DNA of 64,000 bases from Paramecium tetraurelia. Lineage: Eukaryota. Below are positions 1 through 12,478 of the stretch, in pieces (the stretch's first letter is position 1; every line of letters starts with the position of its first letter). Made by a program: the position numbers and the translations under genes. The notes below the pieces were generated by a model. The model had not been told where the DNA came from. It ran no database searches and saw nothing but the letters and a program-made list of their open reading frames with translations. The DNA lies in contig CT868263.1 in NCBI GenBank assembly GCA_000165425.1, positions 186,001 to 250,000 on the forward strand, given 5' to 3'.

Positions 1-374
1 TAGAACTTAAGCTAAATTTGGAAGACAAAATTGAACTTGATTAATAATAGGAATATCAGACTTTTAATTAAAAAGCAAATATAAACATAGTCTTAAAGAA
101 ATTAATTCATCCTGTGAAATACATAGTAACCTAGACCTCGAAGAGCTTGGATTAGTTCTAATTAATTAGTGGGAATGGTTGGATGAAATACATGTTGTAT
201 CCTTTTGATTTCATAAATCAATACAGATTGAATATTAATAGGTTAGGCTTACCCAGAAAATCGATGGTGGTACGATAACAAGAACGTCGACTAACTTCAG
301 TCTTATTAATGAGAAAAAAACAATAGACTATAAGATCAATGAAAAGATCAATTTAGGTATATCCAATAAAATGA
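1..374 (+). CDS. 3' end (partial) of a probable cyclic-nucleotide-domain K+ channel paralog
   Basis: Code-6 frame from nt 3 is open to TGA 372-374. LDQQQEYQTFNQKANINIVLKK...KYMLYPFDFINQY aligns with the C-tail of the next gene (FEQLKNYEIFNRQWNVDLVVKK...RYLLFPYLFINKY). Confidence 0.65.
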
Positions 375-503
375 ATATATATATAATCATATAAATACTG
401 TTAAATAATTAAGTTTGTATCCACAAAGTCATATTCAATTAATAAAAAGGAAAATATCTAATTACTTATATTAATTTAAAATAATTTGATTATCATTATT
501 CTT

Positions 504-3500
504 ATGAAACCGCAACCCAAAAAATCTGACCATGCGAATTAGAAAGTCAACCAATAATAAATTGATGTTGACAATCTTTAAGATAAGTCTGCAATTGAAA
601 TATTATCTCATGAGACTTAAATGAAGAAGAGAGAGAAATTGTCTCCAATAATACGATCTAATTCAGGACACTAGGAATAACTAATTTAGTAATACAATAA
701 TCCTCAATCACTTGTTACTCCAAAATATGAAACGATTACAGAAAGATTGTAAACATTTGGACATGTTGATTTACTAAAGTAATCAAAATCATTCAGAAAA
801 CTTATAGTTTATTTCCATCAGAAGGATTTTATCAAAATGTTGTTGATTCCATTCAAATTAACATCCAACTTTACTTTAAAACATTTCAATTTGATAAATG
901 ATTTAAGCGCTTCTTATAAATTTTAAGTAGGAAGAAGTCAAGAAACCTAAAAGAGTTTAATTCATTAATATATTTCACTAATTGATATTAGAATTCAATT
1001 AAGATTGAAATTCAGAACAATAAAGACAATATGTAAGTAGTATCTAACTCATATGCATAATCAGATTCCATTAATCGAACCAATGAGCAATACTAAATTT
1101 TTTTGGGATTTAATTTGCTTTGCCATACGAATATATCTAATAATAGTGGTTCCAGTTATTATTGTTTTTCATGGATAAGATTTTAATGCCAAATAATTAG
1201 GACCCTTGGTGCTATTCTCAATTGCATTGATCTTTGACATTTTAATTCGAGCATTTACAATTACATACGATTAAGGTATACCTGTAAGGGATAGGTACTT
1301 ACTATTTAAGAAATAATTAAATTTTTCTACTGTCTTAGAATTATTCAGTTTTATATATACAATATTAATTACCATCCAAGATGATAAGATAATAGATAAA
1401 TACATATTGGGAGAAGGATGGGCCAAATTCATATTGTGTTTATTGTACATTTAGGTAATCAATATATTAAAATTTATTGATGTATCCTAATATTCACTCA
1501 AACTAAATAGAATGCAAACCTCGATTGTTGATCTAATCAAATTAGTTGCAATGATTTTATTAGTATAACATATATTCAGTTGTGTTTGGATTGTGTTTGG
1601 AGTGTATTCACTACAAGGTTAATAGGATTCTTGGCTAAATAAATACGAGAGTGATGAATGGTCATATCAATTTTTGTAATCGTTTTATTTCATATGCGTA
1701 ACAACATTTACAGTTGGATATGGTGATTTAACTCCAAAAAGTAAATATTTAATATATATTAATAGATCCTCCTGAATAGATATTCACTATAATTTACATG
1801 TTCTTCTGCATGCTTTTATTCTCGTACACAGTTAATACTATAGGAAGCATCTTAACCCAAATAAAGGAGAGCAGCGAAAAAATCAAGTCGAAATTAACTG
1901 CAATCAATTAATATATGCATAATAAATCTATAAGTCCGACCTTATAATTTAAGTAATTATTAAATTAATGTCATTAGAGTGAGAGAATAACTATACTTTT
2001 ACTTAAAATAAGAAATCATTTAATAAGTAAATGAGCAATCTGAGATAATCTAATTGCTTCCTGAAGATCTACAACACAGTCTTAGAATAGAGGCAGCCAA
2101 ATCTCTACTTAATAAATGCTCCTTTTTCAGCGATAATTTCTCAAAGGATATTCTCAATTAGTTGCTTGAAGAAGTGAACTTTCAAATGTACTAGCCAGGA
2201 GCAATCATTCACTCAAAGGAAGAGTTTTATATTCATATCATTGAACAGGGATAAGTCGATGTGATGTACAAGAAGGTATTAAAAATTCACATATCTAATA
2301 TAGAAAATAATTCAAACTTTAGAGAAGTATGACTATTTTGGCCTGGAGGAGTTTATTAGCTAATAGGCAAATCCAAATATTACTTTTAAAAGTACTGCAT
2401 TCACTAGTGTGCTTTCAATTCCTTATTCTTACTTTCATAAGATTTTGTCTCAAAATGATCTTGAAAACTAGAAATTTCACAATCTCTTAACTTAATCTTC
2501 TTGTCTAGAGAATTTCTGTTTTATTTGTAAAACTAAATCTCATAAAACCTAATTATGTCCTATGGTGCATTATATTCCTAATAAAGAAGTTGTAATCAAA
2601 AAGTTTCTATACAAAAAGAAATAAAAAAAGAGAGTAACATAAGAAAGGAAAATAAGGATGGTGTCAGTAAATTAAATGGATGAAAATGAAGAAAACAAAG
2701 TAAAAAAAATTAAGTTTTTGAATGCCAAAACTAATTAAAAGATGGTTGAAGATACAGTGATAAAGTTTAAAAATGAAAATTAACCCCATTTGGAATCTTT
2801 ATTTCCTAATATTGAGCAACCGCTTAGTATAGATAGTCAAAGTGAATCTGAGAATGAAAATCCAGACGAATTAAAAGATCAAAGCTTCTCAGATCAGAAT
2901 CGTAATTCAAGGAGAGGAAGCAAATAAATTCCACATCTATCATCTAAAAATTTAATTAAATATGATATACTTTAAAAAATGAGAAAAGAGAGATTTAGTA
3001 AAAACTTCTAATAATAATAATCACCTCTTTTAATGGTATCTCAATATGGCTAAATGAGTCCAGCCCCATAAATTATATCGAAATACAATCTAAAAAAAAT
3101 TATTTAGGCGAAGTCTCTAGATGATGAATAATTGCAATTAATAGAGGAAATTAATTTCTTCGAAGACATAAGAAATAAAATGAATAATTTATTACTCTTC
3201 CCAAATAAGGAGTAAGAATAGATTGAATTTTGCTATAAGAAACTTTCTAATCTTAAAGAAGAAATTGATGATATGGCTAATTTTGAATAATTGAAAAATT
3301 ACGAGATCTTTAATAGATAATGGAATGTTGATTTGGTTGTTAAGAAAACTAGTGCAAAACCAAAAAAGTTTAGAGGGTTAAAAAAACTTAAACGGTACCT
3401 TTTATTCCCTTATCTGTTCATTAATAAGTATCTTGATCGAAAAGATCCAAATGATCCAACCAAAACGTAGGAGAAATCCAAAAGAAAAAGTATTAATTAT

Positions 3501-3565
3501 CCCTAATTTTAGGACCTTTCAAACCTAAAGCCAATAAAAAAACTCGTGTAACTCCTAAATCATGA
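504..3565 (+). CDS. 6TM K+ channel with cyclic-nucleotide-binding-like domain (EAG/HCN/CNG-like, ciliate-expanded family)
   Basis: ATG 504. Pore TTFTVGYGDLTPK (~1705-1740), hydrophobic S1-S6, CNBD-like YQPGAII...DYFGLEEF, CCHC knuckle. Tiny introns at 1741-1765, ~1952-1977, ~2276-2303, ~3490-3512. Ends RVTPKS-TGA. Confidence 0.93.
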
Positions 3566-3730
3566 CATTTAATGTATATTTATTTATAAAAAGTTAAATC
3601 TTTGTTTTACATTTCTTATTACAACTTTTAATGCCTATATTATTTTTCTCCCTTATTACTTGTTATGTACTATTTCAGAGGAATGTTATACAACTTAATT
3701 ATTAATGTTATAATTAAATAATAAATTCAG

Positions 3731-4336
3731 ATGAGATAGTTAAGTAGTCCACTCACAACACTTTAAGATAATTTATAGAGTCAGAGCATGCCTAGGATTC
3801 ATTCTAAATAAGAACAGAGATTTTAACTTCCAACTTTGAAATCGAAAATGAATAATCTAATTGAATCTGAAGAATAAAAAGCACCAGTTGGTTAATTTTT
3901 TTAAGGTCTAGTTAAAGGAAAGACGATCATGGAATCCAAAAAGAAGATTGAGTTTCCAAAAACATAATAAAATTTTTATCGTCTTGTTTACAAAGCGTAA
4001 TATTCATTCAGGCCAACAAAATTGAATCCAAGGTAAGTTAGTATGGATTAACCAGCAATTTAAAAGAAATTAGGTGGTCCAACCTTTGCTTATAGAACCA
4101 TCCAAAGTTCTGAAGAATAACTTAGGAAACCGAAATTAGAAGTAATTGCCAGATAACAAGTAAATTATCTGAATGACTCTCATTCAATAAATGAAAGCTT
4201 AAATACTGAAATTAATTAAATTTTATATGGAAAAGGATAGAAAAAAACAATGTTAAAGTAGAGATTAAATCAAACCAAAAATAATAACGATACTAGCAAT
4301 ATAATAAAGGAAGAGAGTGAAAATTCATTTATTTGA
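3731..4336 (+). CDS. hypothetical protein (201 aa)
   Basis: Uninterrupted code-6 ORF MRQLSSPLTT...EESENSFI-TGA, flanked by AT-rich spacers. Confidence 0.75.
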
Positions 4337-4582
4337 TTAATAAATTATAATCCTTATTTTATTTAAGTCTTCTTCTGAATTTTTGTATAATGCTTAATTT
4401 TGATATTTTTTCTTCACTAAAGTGTCCTCTACAAATAATCATTCATAAAAAAAAATTAGTTTTTTATTAGAATTAGACATATTAGATATATTGTTACTTT
4501 TTATGAATGACATCCATATATTTATATGTAAATAATGCATATATCAAATGCCTATACAGTGCTAAGATTAGCAGAAATTGAC

Positions 4583-4879
4583 TCAATCTGAAGAGTCTGT
4601 TAAAATAGTTAACGATTAGGATCTTTTTCTTTTTTCCTAATTGAAATCTAGTAAATCTCTGAAACTACAATCTGAAAGTGAGTCACCAATTATCATGTTT
4701 ACTATTCCCTTGAGGCCTTCATCTTAATATTCTTCCTTTAATTGTCTAACAAATTCCTCATCGTCCATCAACAATTTCTTTAATTCTGACTTCTAATCTT
4801 CTGTGATTTTATTTTCAAAGTGCAAGTTAGAAATCAACTTTAAGACTTCCTTAAAGAATTCAGCTTATTCATCTGCCAT
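4583..4879 (-). CDS. small hypothetical protein (98 aa)
   Basis: Code-6 ORF MADEQAEFFKEVLKLISNLHFENKI...KRKRSQSLTILTDSSD-TGA. Confidence 0.65.
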
Positions 4880-5076
4880 AATATTAATTTAATAATATAA
4901 ATATTTGATCTCCACACTTATTCATTTAAATTAAAGAAAGAAGAATTATAATTATTTATATAAAAACATGCAAATTAGACATTAGAAATGCGTTGATAAT
5001 GAAGTGACAAATTAAATTTCAAATAAAATTTATTTCCTAATGGATATTAAATATAATATTAATTGAATATAAAAGA

Positions 5077-5884
5077 ATGCCTATCTACCCAACAGCACCT
5101 CTTACAAGTTCTATTCCAGCTCCAGTCAGCGTCGTTTAACCAGTAAGCTATGCCCAACCAGTGACTTATGCTCAACCAGTCTAATACGTTCCACAACCTG
5201 TTTAATATGTGCCCCAACCTGTTTAATATGTGCCCCAACCCGTTGTTCAATAACCAGTTATTGCTCAACCAATCCTCACCCAATCAGTTGTAGCTGCCCC
5301 ACAATAGGCTCCAATCAAAGGAGAATCCAGAGTTGAATACAGAGAATTTCAAAGACCTGTTGTTGAGATGGAAACAGAAACTATTTAAGTTCAAGTACCA
5401 AAAACTAAATACGTGACTGATTACTATCCAGTTGAATACTAAACTGAGTACATCCCAAGAACAGTTTATGAGTAGTAAACTGAATACGTACCAGTCACTA
5501 AAACAGTCCCTAGAGTTGAATATGATGCTGTTGAGAGAGAAGTATAAAGAGTGGTAAGTTCTATAAATGAACTATCTATTAGTAATATCAACCAGTCCAA
5601 ACCGTCCCTGTTTAACCAGTTGTTCAATCCTATGTTCAACCAGTTCAATCCTATGTTCAACCAGTCCAACCACTCACTTATTCAGTTGCTAGACCAATAG
5701 CCTAAGCTCCAGTCTATGCTCAACCAGTAGTTGCTCCAGCACTCACTTATTCAGGTGTTAGACCAGCTTATGCCCCAGTATTAGCCATATGTTATCCCCT
5801 TTTTAGGTTTATCCAAGTTATCCTCAAGTTGGTGCTAGACCATAATAAGCATAATAACCAGTGCCTTCAAACAAACCATAATGA
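5077..5884 (+). CDS. EPI: epiplasmin (cortical epiplasm protein)
   Basis: P/V/Q/Y-rich arms (QPVQYVP repeats) around the core PIKGESRVEY...YVTDYYPVEYQTEYIPRTVYEQQTEYVPV typical of Paramecium epiplasmins. Introns ~5554-5582 and ~5778-5806. Confidence 0.92.
5194..5238 (+). repeat. coding tandem repeat, 21-nt unit CAACCTGTTTAATATGTGCCC x2 (QPVQYVP)
   Basis: Seen directly. A similar 21-nt duplication (TTCAATCCTATGTTCAACCAG) occurs at ~5623-5664. Confidence 0.85.
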
Positions 5885-6718
5885 AAATGAAATATTATAT
5901 CATAAGCATTTGTACAGAATAATAAACTTTATCATAAAATTAAAATTTTTTTTTTCAAATTCGAAAATCAATTCTATTCTTAAAAACTCATATTCAATAG
6001 AGTTTTATTAACTTTATTCCTACGTCTTATATATCTTTGGAGATATTCTGTGCATTTTAATACAATTTCTTATTTTTTAAAAATGATACTAATAGAATAT
6101 CACAGAACTAATAATATAGAAAAGATATTTTTGAATAACGATCCAAGTGTAAGATAGAGCTAGAAATGCCGAATGCTTATGTGAAAAATTGAACTTTTGA
6201 AGAATTTATGGAAAAAATCTTTGGATGATATAATACAGATAGAGAAGCAAACTTACATATATATATGTAATATATGGATATCAACATATTAAATAATTTG
6301 GGACAACATAATTTTGTAAAATATCTCAGTAGAATGAAAAATATCATTTCTCAATTTAAAATCTTAGGTTTGGTCTAAACAAAATAATTCTTATTTATTA
6401 AAATACATTATAAAACACTAAATATATAAGCGTTTTTGCTTTTATGTGCTTATTATCATTCCATTTATTAGTTGTATTTAACTTAATTGAGATGAGATTC
6501 AGTATTCTGTAAGTTATAAAAATTGATTAAGAACCTTAAAAATCCAAGAAGGTAGGGTACTATACTAATTGAAAAGCTTAGAATTACCTAAATAGAATAG
6601 ATTTATATTATAAGTAGGTATTTTTGTTCACAGAATATTTTTAATAATATTTTTAAATGATGTAATTGATTATATTTGCTTAGTAAATAGTAAATGTATT
6701 TATATAATTATAAAATTA

Positions 6719-7719
6719 ATGGAAGTTGTTTTCATAGTTTATTTGGTTTTGGCTTTATTGATTGGTGTGATAGATTTATATTGCATTATAATAAATATAA
6801 AGTGCATTGACAATAAAATCACATTTACGATTTTGAATTTGCTGTGTATTGATAATTCAATATTTAGTTAGTGTGCTTTTAATTTGTTTGGGATGTCTAA
6901 TGGCTTTAGTGAATTGCTAGGTTTCATGGTCATTTACATTTATTGGTTTGAGTGCGATTTGTGTATGGCAATCTTTTACTATGTATGCTACATCTACAAA
7001 CAAAGTGATTTTATGGAATGCTGCCTAAAAAGTAAAAATAAGGATTAATATATAATAGACGATGATAGTGATGGCCTATGTTGTTCCAGTGGTGTTTTAT
7101 TTGTTATCGTTGTTGGTGATGAAGAATACAGATTTTCATAAAAATTCATAGATTTGTGCAATAAAGTTTAATTCAAAAGAACTACTGTTGACTAAAGTCC
7201 TTTAATTTTTCTTCTTTTTTGCATTCCAATTAATCTTTTTAGTCTTTGGGATCATTGACTCTGTAAAGAGTACTAAATTCTTGGAAAAGTGAGTATTTCT
7301 TAATAGATTTTAGACAGAAGAGTAGATTCACATTTTTAGAGTAGTCCTATCGTGAAACATTGATTTTCCCCATCATTACGTCAGTGCTGATTATCTCATA
7401 TTTTGTCTCTTTCAACATTCAATACTGGTTATAGGTGGAATAAATTCTCGTGATAAATAATATTTGTTCAATAGCCATGGAGATTAACTTAATGATATTG
7501 GTGTTTTAATATGGATTCAATTCAACCATTTTGAAGGTGAATACAATTAGAAAGGTGTATTAATTTCGATCAAATTTAGAATTGAAATACCGAAACAAGT
7601 ATTGTTTCATTAGTCATTTTAGATTGTTAGATGGATCTGGATCTACCTTTTTCCTTGGTACTTACAGTGAGAGTGAATTAGGAAGTATTGAATAAATATA
7701 ATAAAATTATTAATCATGA
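6719..7719 (+). CDS. seven-transmembrane GPCR-like protein
   Basis: After removing introns GTATTG..TTTAG (22 nt), GTAAAA..AATAG and GTGAGT..TTTAG, the ORF has seven hydrophobic segments, a Cys in ECL2 (QICAIK), TM6 LIFPIITSVLII and TM7 ..LVFQYGFN. Confidence 0.65.
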
Positions 7720-7724
7720 TTCCA

Positions 7725-8915
7725 ATGGATACTTGTTCTTCAAAATAAATGAGTTTAAAGTAATTAGGAGATGTGATGTTTCCCCTTGGATTTATCACTT
7801 ACGGTGGACCCCTAGCTCATATCAATGTGCTTAGAGAAAGATTTAAAAATTACACAACTGAGGATGAATTTCAAGAATTATTTGCATTGTGTTAAACCTT
7901 ACCTGGTCCCACTTCTACTCAAATGGTAATAGCAGTAGGAGCCAATCTTACACATAGTTGTTTGGGAGGATTAGTAGCATTTCTATATTTTAGTATGCCA
8001 TCAGCATTTGTAATGATGGTACTAGGTCTCACTGTTCCAAATTTATCTATACCATGGATACAATTATTGATAAATGGATTTAAATATGCATCAATTGGAG
8101 TAATAATGGAAGCAGCTTATAAATTGTCAAATGGAGCCATTAAAAATAAATTTCATTTGTTCTTGTGGATTGTAAGTGCAATCGTAACGACATTTTTTCC
8201 CACACCCTCCATTGCAGTATTAATGATCGTAATTGGAGCCATCGCAAACTATGTTTCAGATCGATAAATCGGATAATAATTGTTAATTCCTTAAGAAGAA
8301 CAAGTGTAGCACAGTTTTGATAGTTGGTTGCTGGGCTATAGATCATTGGTTGGATACGGAATTTCATTTGTTTTGTTTTTCTTTTTATCCTACATTGATT
8401 GGATGCCTATAGCAGTGTGCAGTAATCTATTCAAGACAGGCAGTTTGGTTATTGGTGGAGGACATGTAGTTTTACCTATGATTTAATTTTCTTTATCAGA
8501 TTATTTGACTACAGAACAGTTTTGGAATGCCTTCGCTTTGGTTTCCTGTATGCCTGGCCCTATGTTCAATATTGCAATTTACATTGGAGCCTTAATAGGA
8601 GGAATACCGATGGCTATTTTGGCAGAAATGTTTATGTTCCTTCCTGGATTCTTCACAATATTTGGAATATTGCCTTATTGGAAGAAATACAGAGGATTAA
8701 GAACTATAAGGGCAGTTTTATAAGGAATAGCAGCAGTTGCAGTTGGATTTATATTAAGTGCAATAGTGCATTTGATAATTAACTCTTGTAATAATGGTGT
8801 TGTAGTTCCTATAGGCATAGGAATCCTAAGTTGTTTGTGTCTGTACAAAGGCATTCCAATACCATTTGTTATAATTGGAGGTGGATTTATTAATTTATTA
8901 ACAGAATATAAATGA
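7725..8915 (+). CDS. long-chain chromate ion transporter (CHR/ChrA family)
   Basis: Intronless 396-aa ORF with two CHR halves: GFITYGGPLAHI...FALCQTLPGPTSTQ and GSLVIGGGHVVLPMI...FALVSCMPGPMFN. Confidence 0.92.
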
Positions 8916-8941
8916 TTCATTTTATATATATATTTAAATAC

Positions 8942-10751
8942 TCATTATCCACATTATCTCATTATATTTAAACAAACTTCATCTTCCAAAGGTTTTGAGA
9001 TAACCTAAATGCCGACTGGCAATCCTGCACTGTGTTTCATAGTTTCTTCTAAGACCTTATATTCGATATCCTTTGCACCAAACAATGATTCTTCATTGTA
9101 GTATTGCTCATCCTCCTAAACAGTTGTAATAGGAACTGATCCACAACTAAAATCAATCATATTCCAGAAGAATGTGTAACATATTCCACTAAAACAATGT
9201 TATGCAGTATTATGTTTAACAGCTACTCCAGCAGTCACAGGACTTATGACTGCATCTAATTATAAATCATGCCAAATCTATATCATTTAAATTTGACTTG
9301 CTGTCAATCTTGTTGTTATTTGAAGATTCTCATAGTATGATAATCCATGGTCTCCTGCTTTCCAAATCATCAATTCTCTTTTGCGATTCTATAATTTCAA
9401 CCATTTCTAATAGATCTTCTTCCAAAGAGGACATGATTGAGTGGCCTTCTTAAAATTATCAAAATGAGTAATCCATGGTTCTCCTTTGTATAATTCATAA
9501 GTTCCTTTCATTCCTCCATCACCTAACATCACATCATAAACATGTTAGAAAACATTCTCATAAATACTTTAATCAATGTCAAATTCTATAACTGTGTGTC
9601 CTTATGCTCTCAATTTCTCTACTGCCATATCTAAAGCTCTTTAATTTGCCTTGCATGGTAAAAGTAGATTGATCTTCCTTAAAACTCCTATCTTATATTT
9701 CTTATTATTGTTATAACACTCCTTCTCATCGAATGTCTTCATCACAAAATTGATGTCTTTTATGTTAATTGGAGCCTATTCATAGTTGGTTGTCAATGCC
9801 TACATCATATTCACTAAATTTGGAAAATGCTTAGCTTATGTATATTATTGAATTCTTACCCATAGGACCATAACATGATGCAATATTCCTAATTCCATCC
9901 CATGTTGGAACACCCTTTGCCTAACCTCTCATTATCAACCTTTTAGCACTTGGTTTATATCCATACAATCCACAAAAATGAGAAGGTATTCTTATACTTC
10001 CACCACTATCACTTCCCAATCCCAAAGGAGAACCATTCACTGCAAGCAATCCACCTTCTCCTCCTGTTGAACCACCAGAGGTTCTTTAAGGATCTTAGGG
10101 ATGGATTGATCTTCCAAATAAATAATTCCAACTTTCGTATGAAAATCCAAATTATGGTAAATTTGTTTTTGCAAATATTATTCCTCCTGATTTATTTATT
10201 AAATATCCTTGTATTCCATCTATTTCTGATCTCTTTTAAGCATAAGCACCACACCCAAAGGCTTGATATGTTCCTTTTACAATAAAGGTGTCTTTCACAC
10301 TTATGGGAATTCCAAATAAAGGCATATTTTCTATCTTATAATTTGTATTTTTTAACTCCTAATCCAACTATCTCGCCTTTTATATGGCATCCTCGAAATT
10401 AACATCATTCAAATAGCCCATTTTGAATCCTTTTTCTAATGATACTTCCAAAAATGTTAATAATACATCCAAACATGTAAACTTTTTAGATTCATAAAAC
10501 TTGTGAATTTAGGGAATAGAACTGTTTAAAATAAGGGTTTTATCTTCATTAGATAACTTTAACTCTGTCTATATCACATACCTTGCTGTTAGAACTTTTT
10601 ATTGAATCTCTTACGCTACTCTTCTGTATGTAGATTCAAAAGGATTAATTTTCCTCTTTCTAAAAGCCAGCATCAATAAACCAACACTGGCAACTATTGA
10701 TAATGCTGTATATTTGTTTTTGGACAATAAATCCCGATTAATTTTAAACAT
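8942..10751 (-). CDS. amidase-signature enzyme (fatty acid amide hydrolase-like)
   Basis: [47 protein letters not shown]-terminal GLPVGIQV. N-terminal TM anchor. One 25-nt intron near 9835-9859. Confidence 0.93.
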
Positions 10752-11161
10752 TATTAAAATAATAAACTTTTCTTTCTTATATCATCTTTGTTTCTACTAC
10801 TTATAGGTCCAAACTCATATAGAAGGAAAAACTTCATTTGGATGATCCAATAATAATCAAAATGAAATTAAAAAACATGTATACTCTCATGACCTAAACA
10901 TCAATCAAGTATTTATACATCTAGAAAATAAGCTTAGGAATTAACAATTATGTTTTCTCATCTAAGTTTAATATTAAAAAAAACCTTTAGCCTTGCTCAA
11001 AAATATCATTAATTATTACGATATGATTAATGTGTAATAAAATTCATCATACGTACTTTATAATACAGATTTATTATAAATTAGGAATCACACTCAAAAC
11101 TTAAATTTATTAAATAATAATTAAAAATAAAATAAATCATGTTATAAGATATAAGATATTT

Positions 11162-12434
11162 TCAAAGTCCTATATATTATTATATTACCTTATCCATTTG
11201 AACTAACTATTTAACTAAATCACTCACAGTTATTTTATTTTGTTTTATTAGCTATTTCATGTTTTATAGCTCATTAGTGATGTTATAATTATCTAATATG
11301 ATGGGTCTTTCCTTTGATAAAACAATATTTTACTCTATTAGGCAACAAAATTTCAAAATAATTCGATATTTCTATCATCTAATCTGGCTATTATAATTAT
11401 TCAGTTCCACTTGAAGAGTATTTTAAATATGCTAGCATGTCAAGTTTGATTTGTTTTCTTGAATTAATTAGGATAATATCTTTCTAAGGAAAGCTTATAT
11501 GAAGATTTAAATATATTTTTAATAAATAAGCGCATAATATCTAGATTAGTAGTTGAAACCTAACTTGAAATGTTTCATTTAATTATAATTTACTATCGAA
11601 AAATTCTGATAGAAACATCAATTGGTTGAATTAATAATGCTTTTTTTCCCCATTCTTCAAATATATTGTTAAAAATAGGTTTCTTAAGGTTTCTTAGATA
11701 CTAATATCTAAAGAAATTAGAAGCCTATTGATTTGTTCTTCTAGTTTGTTCAATTATCCCTGTTAAATATTACCATAGGAGTGTTTATCTATTTCAATTA
11801 AATTTTTGTAAATATCTTCACAAAGATTGTCAGAACCTTAAACCTAATAATAGATCCTCTATTATTCCATATTACTCTTTACTACGTTTACAAGTTTGCA
11901 TAGTTTAACATCTAAAGTTTAAACTGATTATTAAGGCTCTGATTATTATTATTATGATGACTTGTTTTGCTTCTCTGTATTGCATTACTCAAACTTATTG
12001 TAAACTTTCATATCAAATTAGTAAATGACATCAAAGATGAATTTCTTTTTTTCTTCTAATAATTTAAGAACTTGTCGATTTTCAATCAAATATAAATGAA
12101 ATGAAAAATTTAGATACCCCTTATCATCGATAAAGGCCTTAATTTGATTGTTATGGTATAAGTCCTTCTGAAGTCTTTCTATGGTCTATACCGTTTACCT
12201 TCGTTTTTCTTTTAGTTTCATTTAAAAGTATGCTAAATTTCTTAAGCCATACGAATTCTAAATAATAAAGAATTAGTTATTGTTTTTTAAAAAGTTTTCT
12301 TCATTATTAGTCATTTCTTAACCCATGCCATCTTGTATGTACGCTGTTAACTAATTTTTACAATCGCAAGCATTTGATGAATATTATTCAGTGTTTCCAA
12401 AATTCAAAAAGAAATTTTTTAATTCAATTTGCAT
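11162..12434 (-). CDS. hypothetical protein
   Basis: Long code-6 ORF from MQIELKNFFLNFG with a 22-nt intron near 11311-11332. The end is 11162, or 11137 if a 19-nt intron is spliced. Confidence 0.65.
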
Positions 12435-12478
12435 AATTCAATTATATAATTATAGTATTTGATATTAAAATCAAATCA

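Noticed and set aside
5059..5669. Minus-strand ORFs with repeated W/L/N motifs (MGEDWLSNNW..., MDWLNIGLNW...)
   Set aside because: They are antisense shadows of the epiplasmin QPV repeats on the plus strand.
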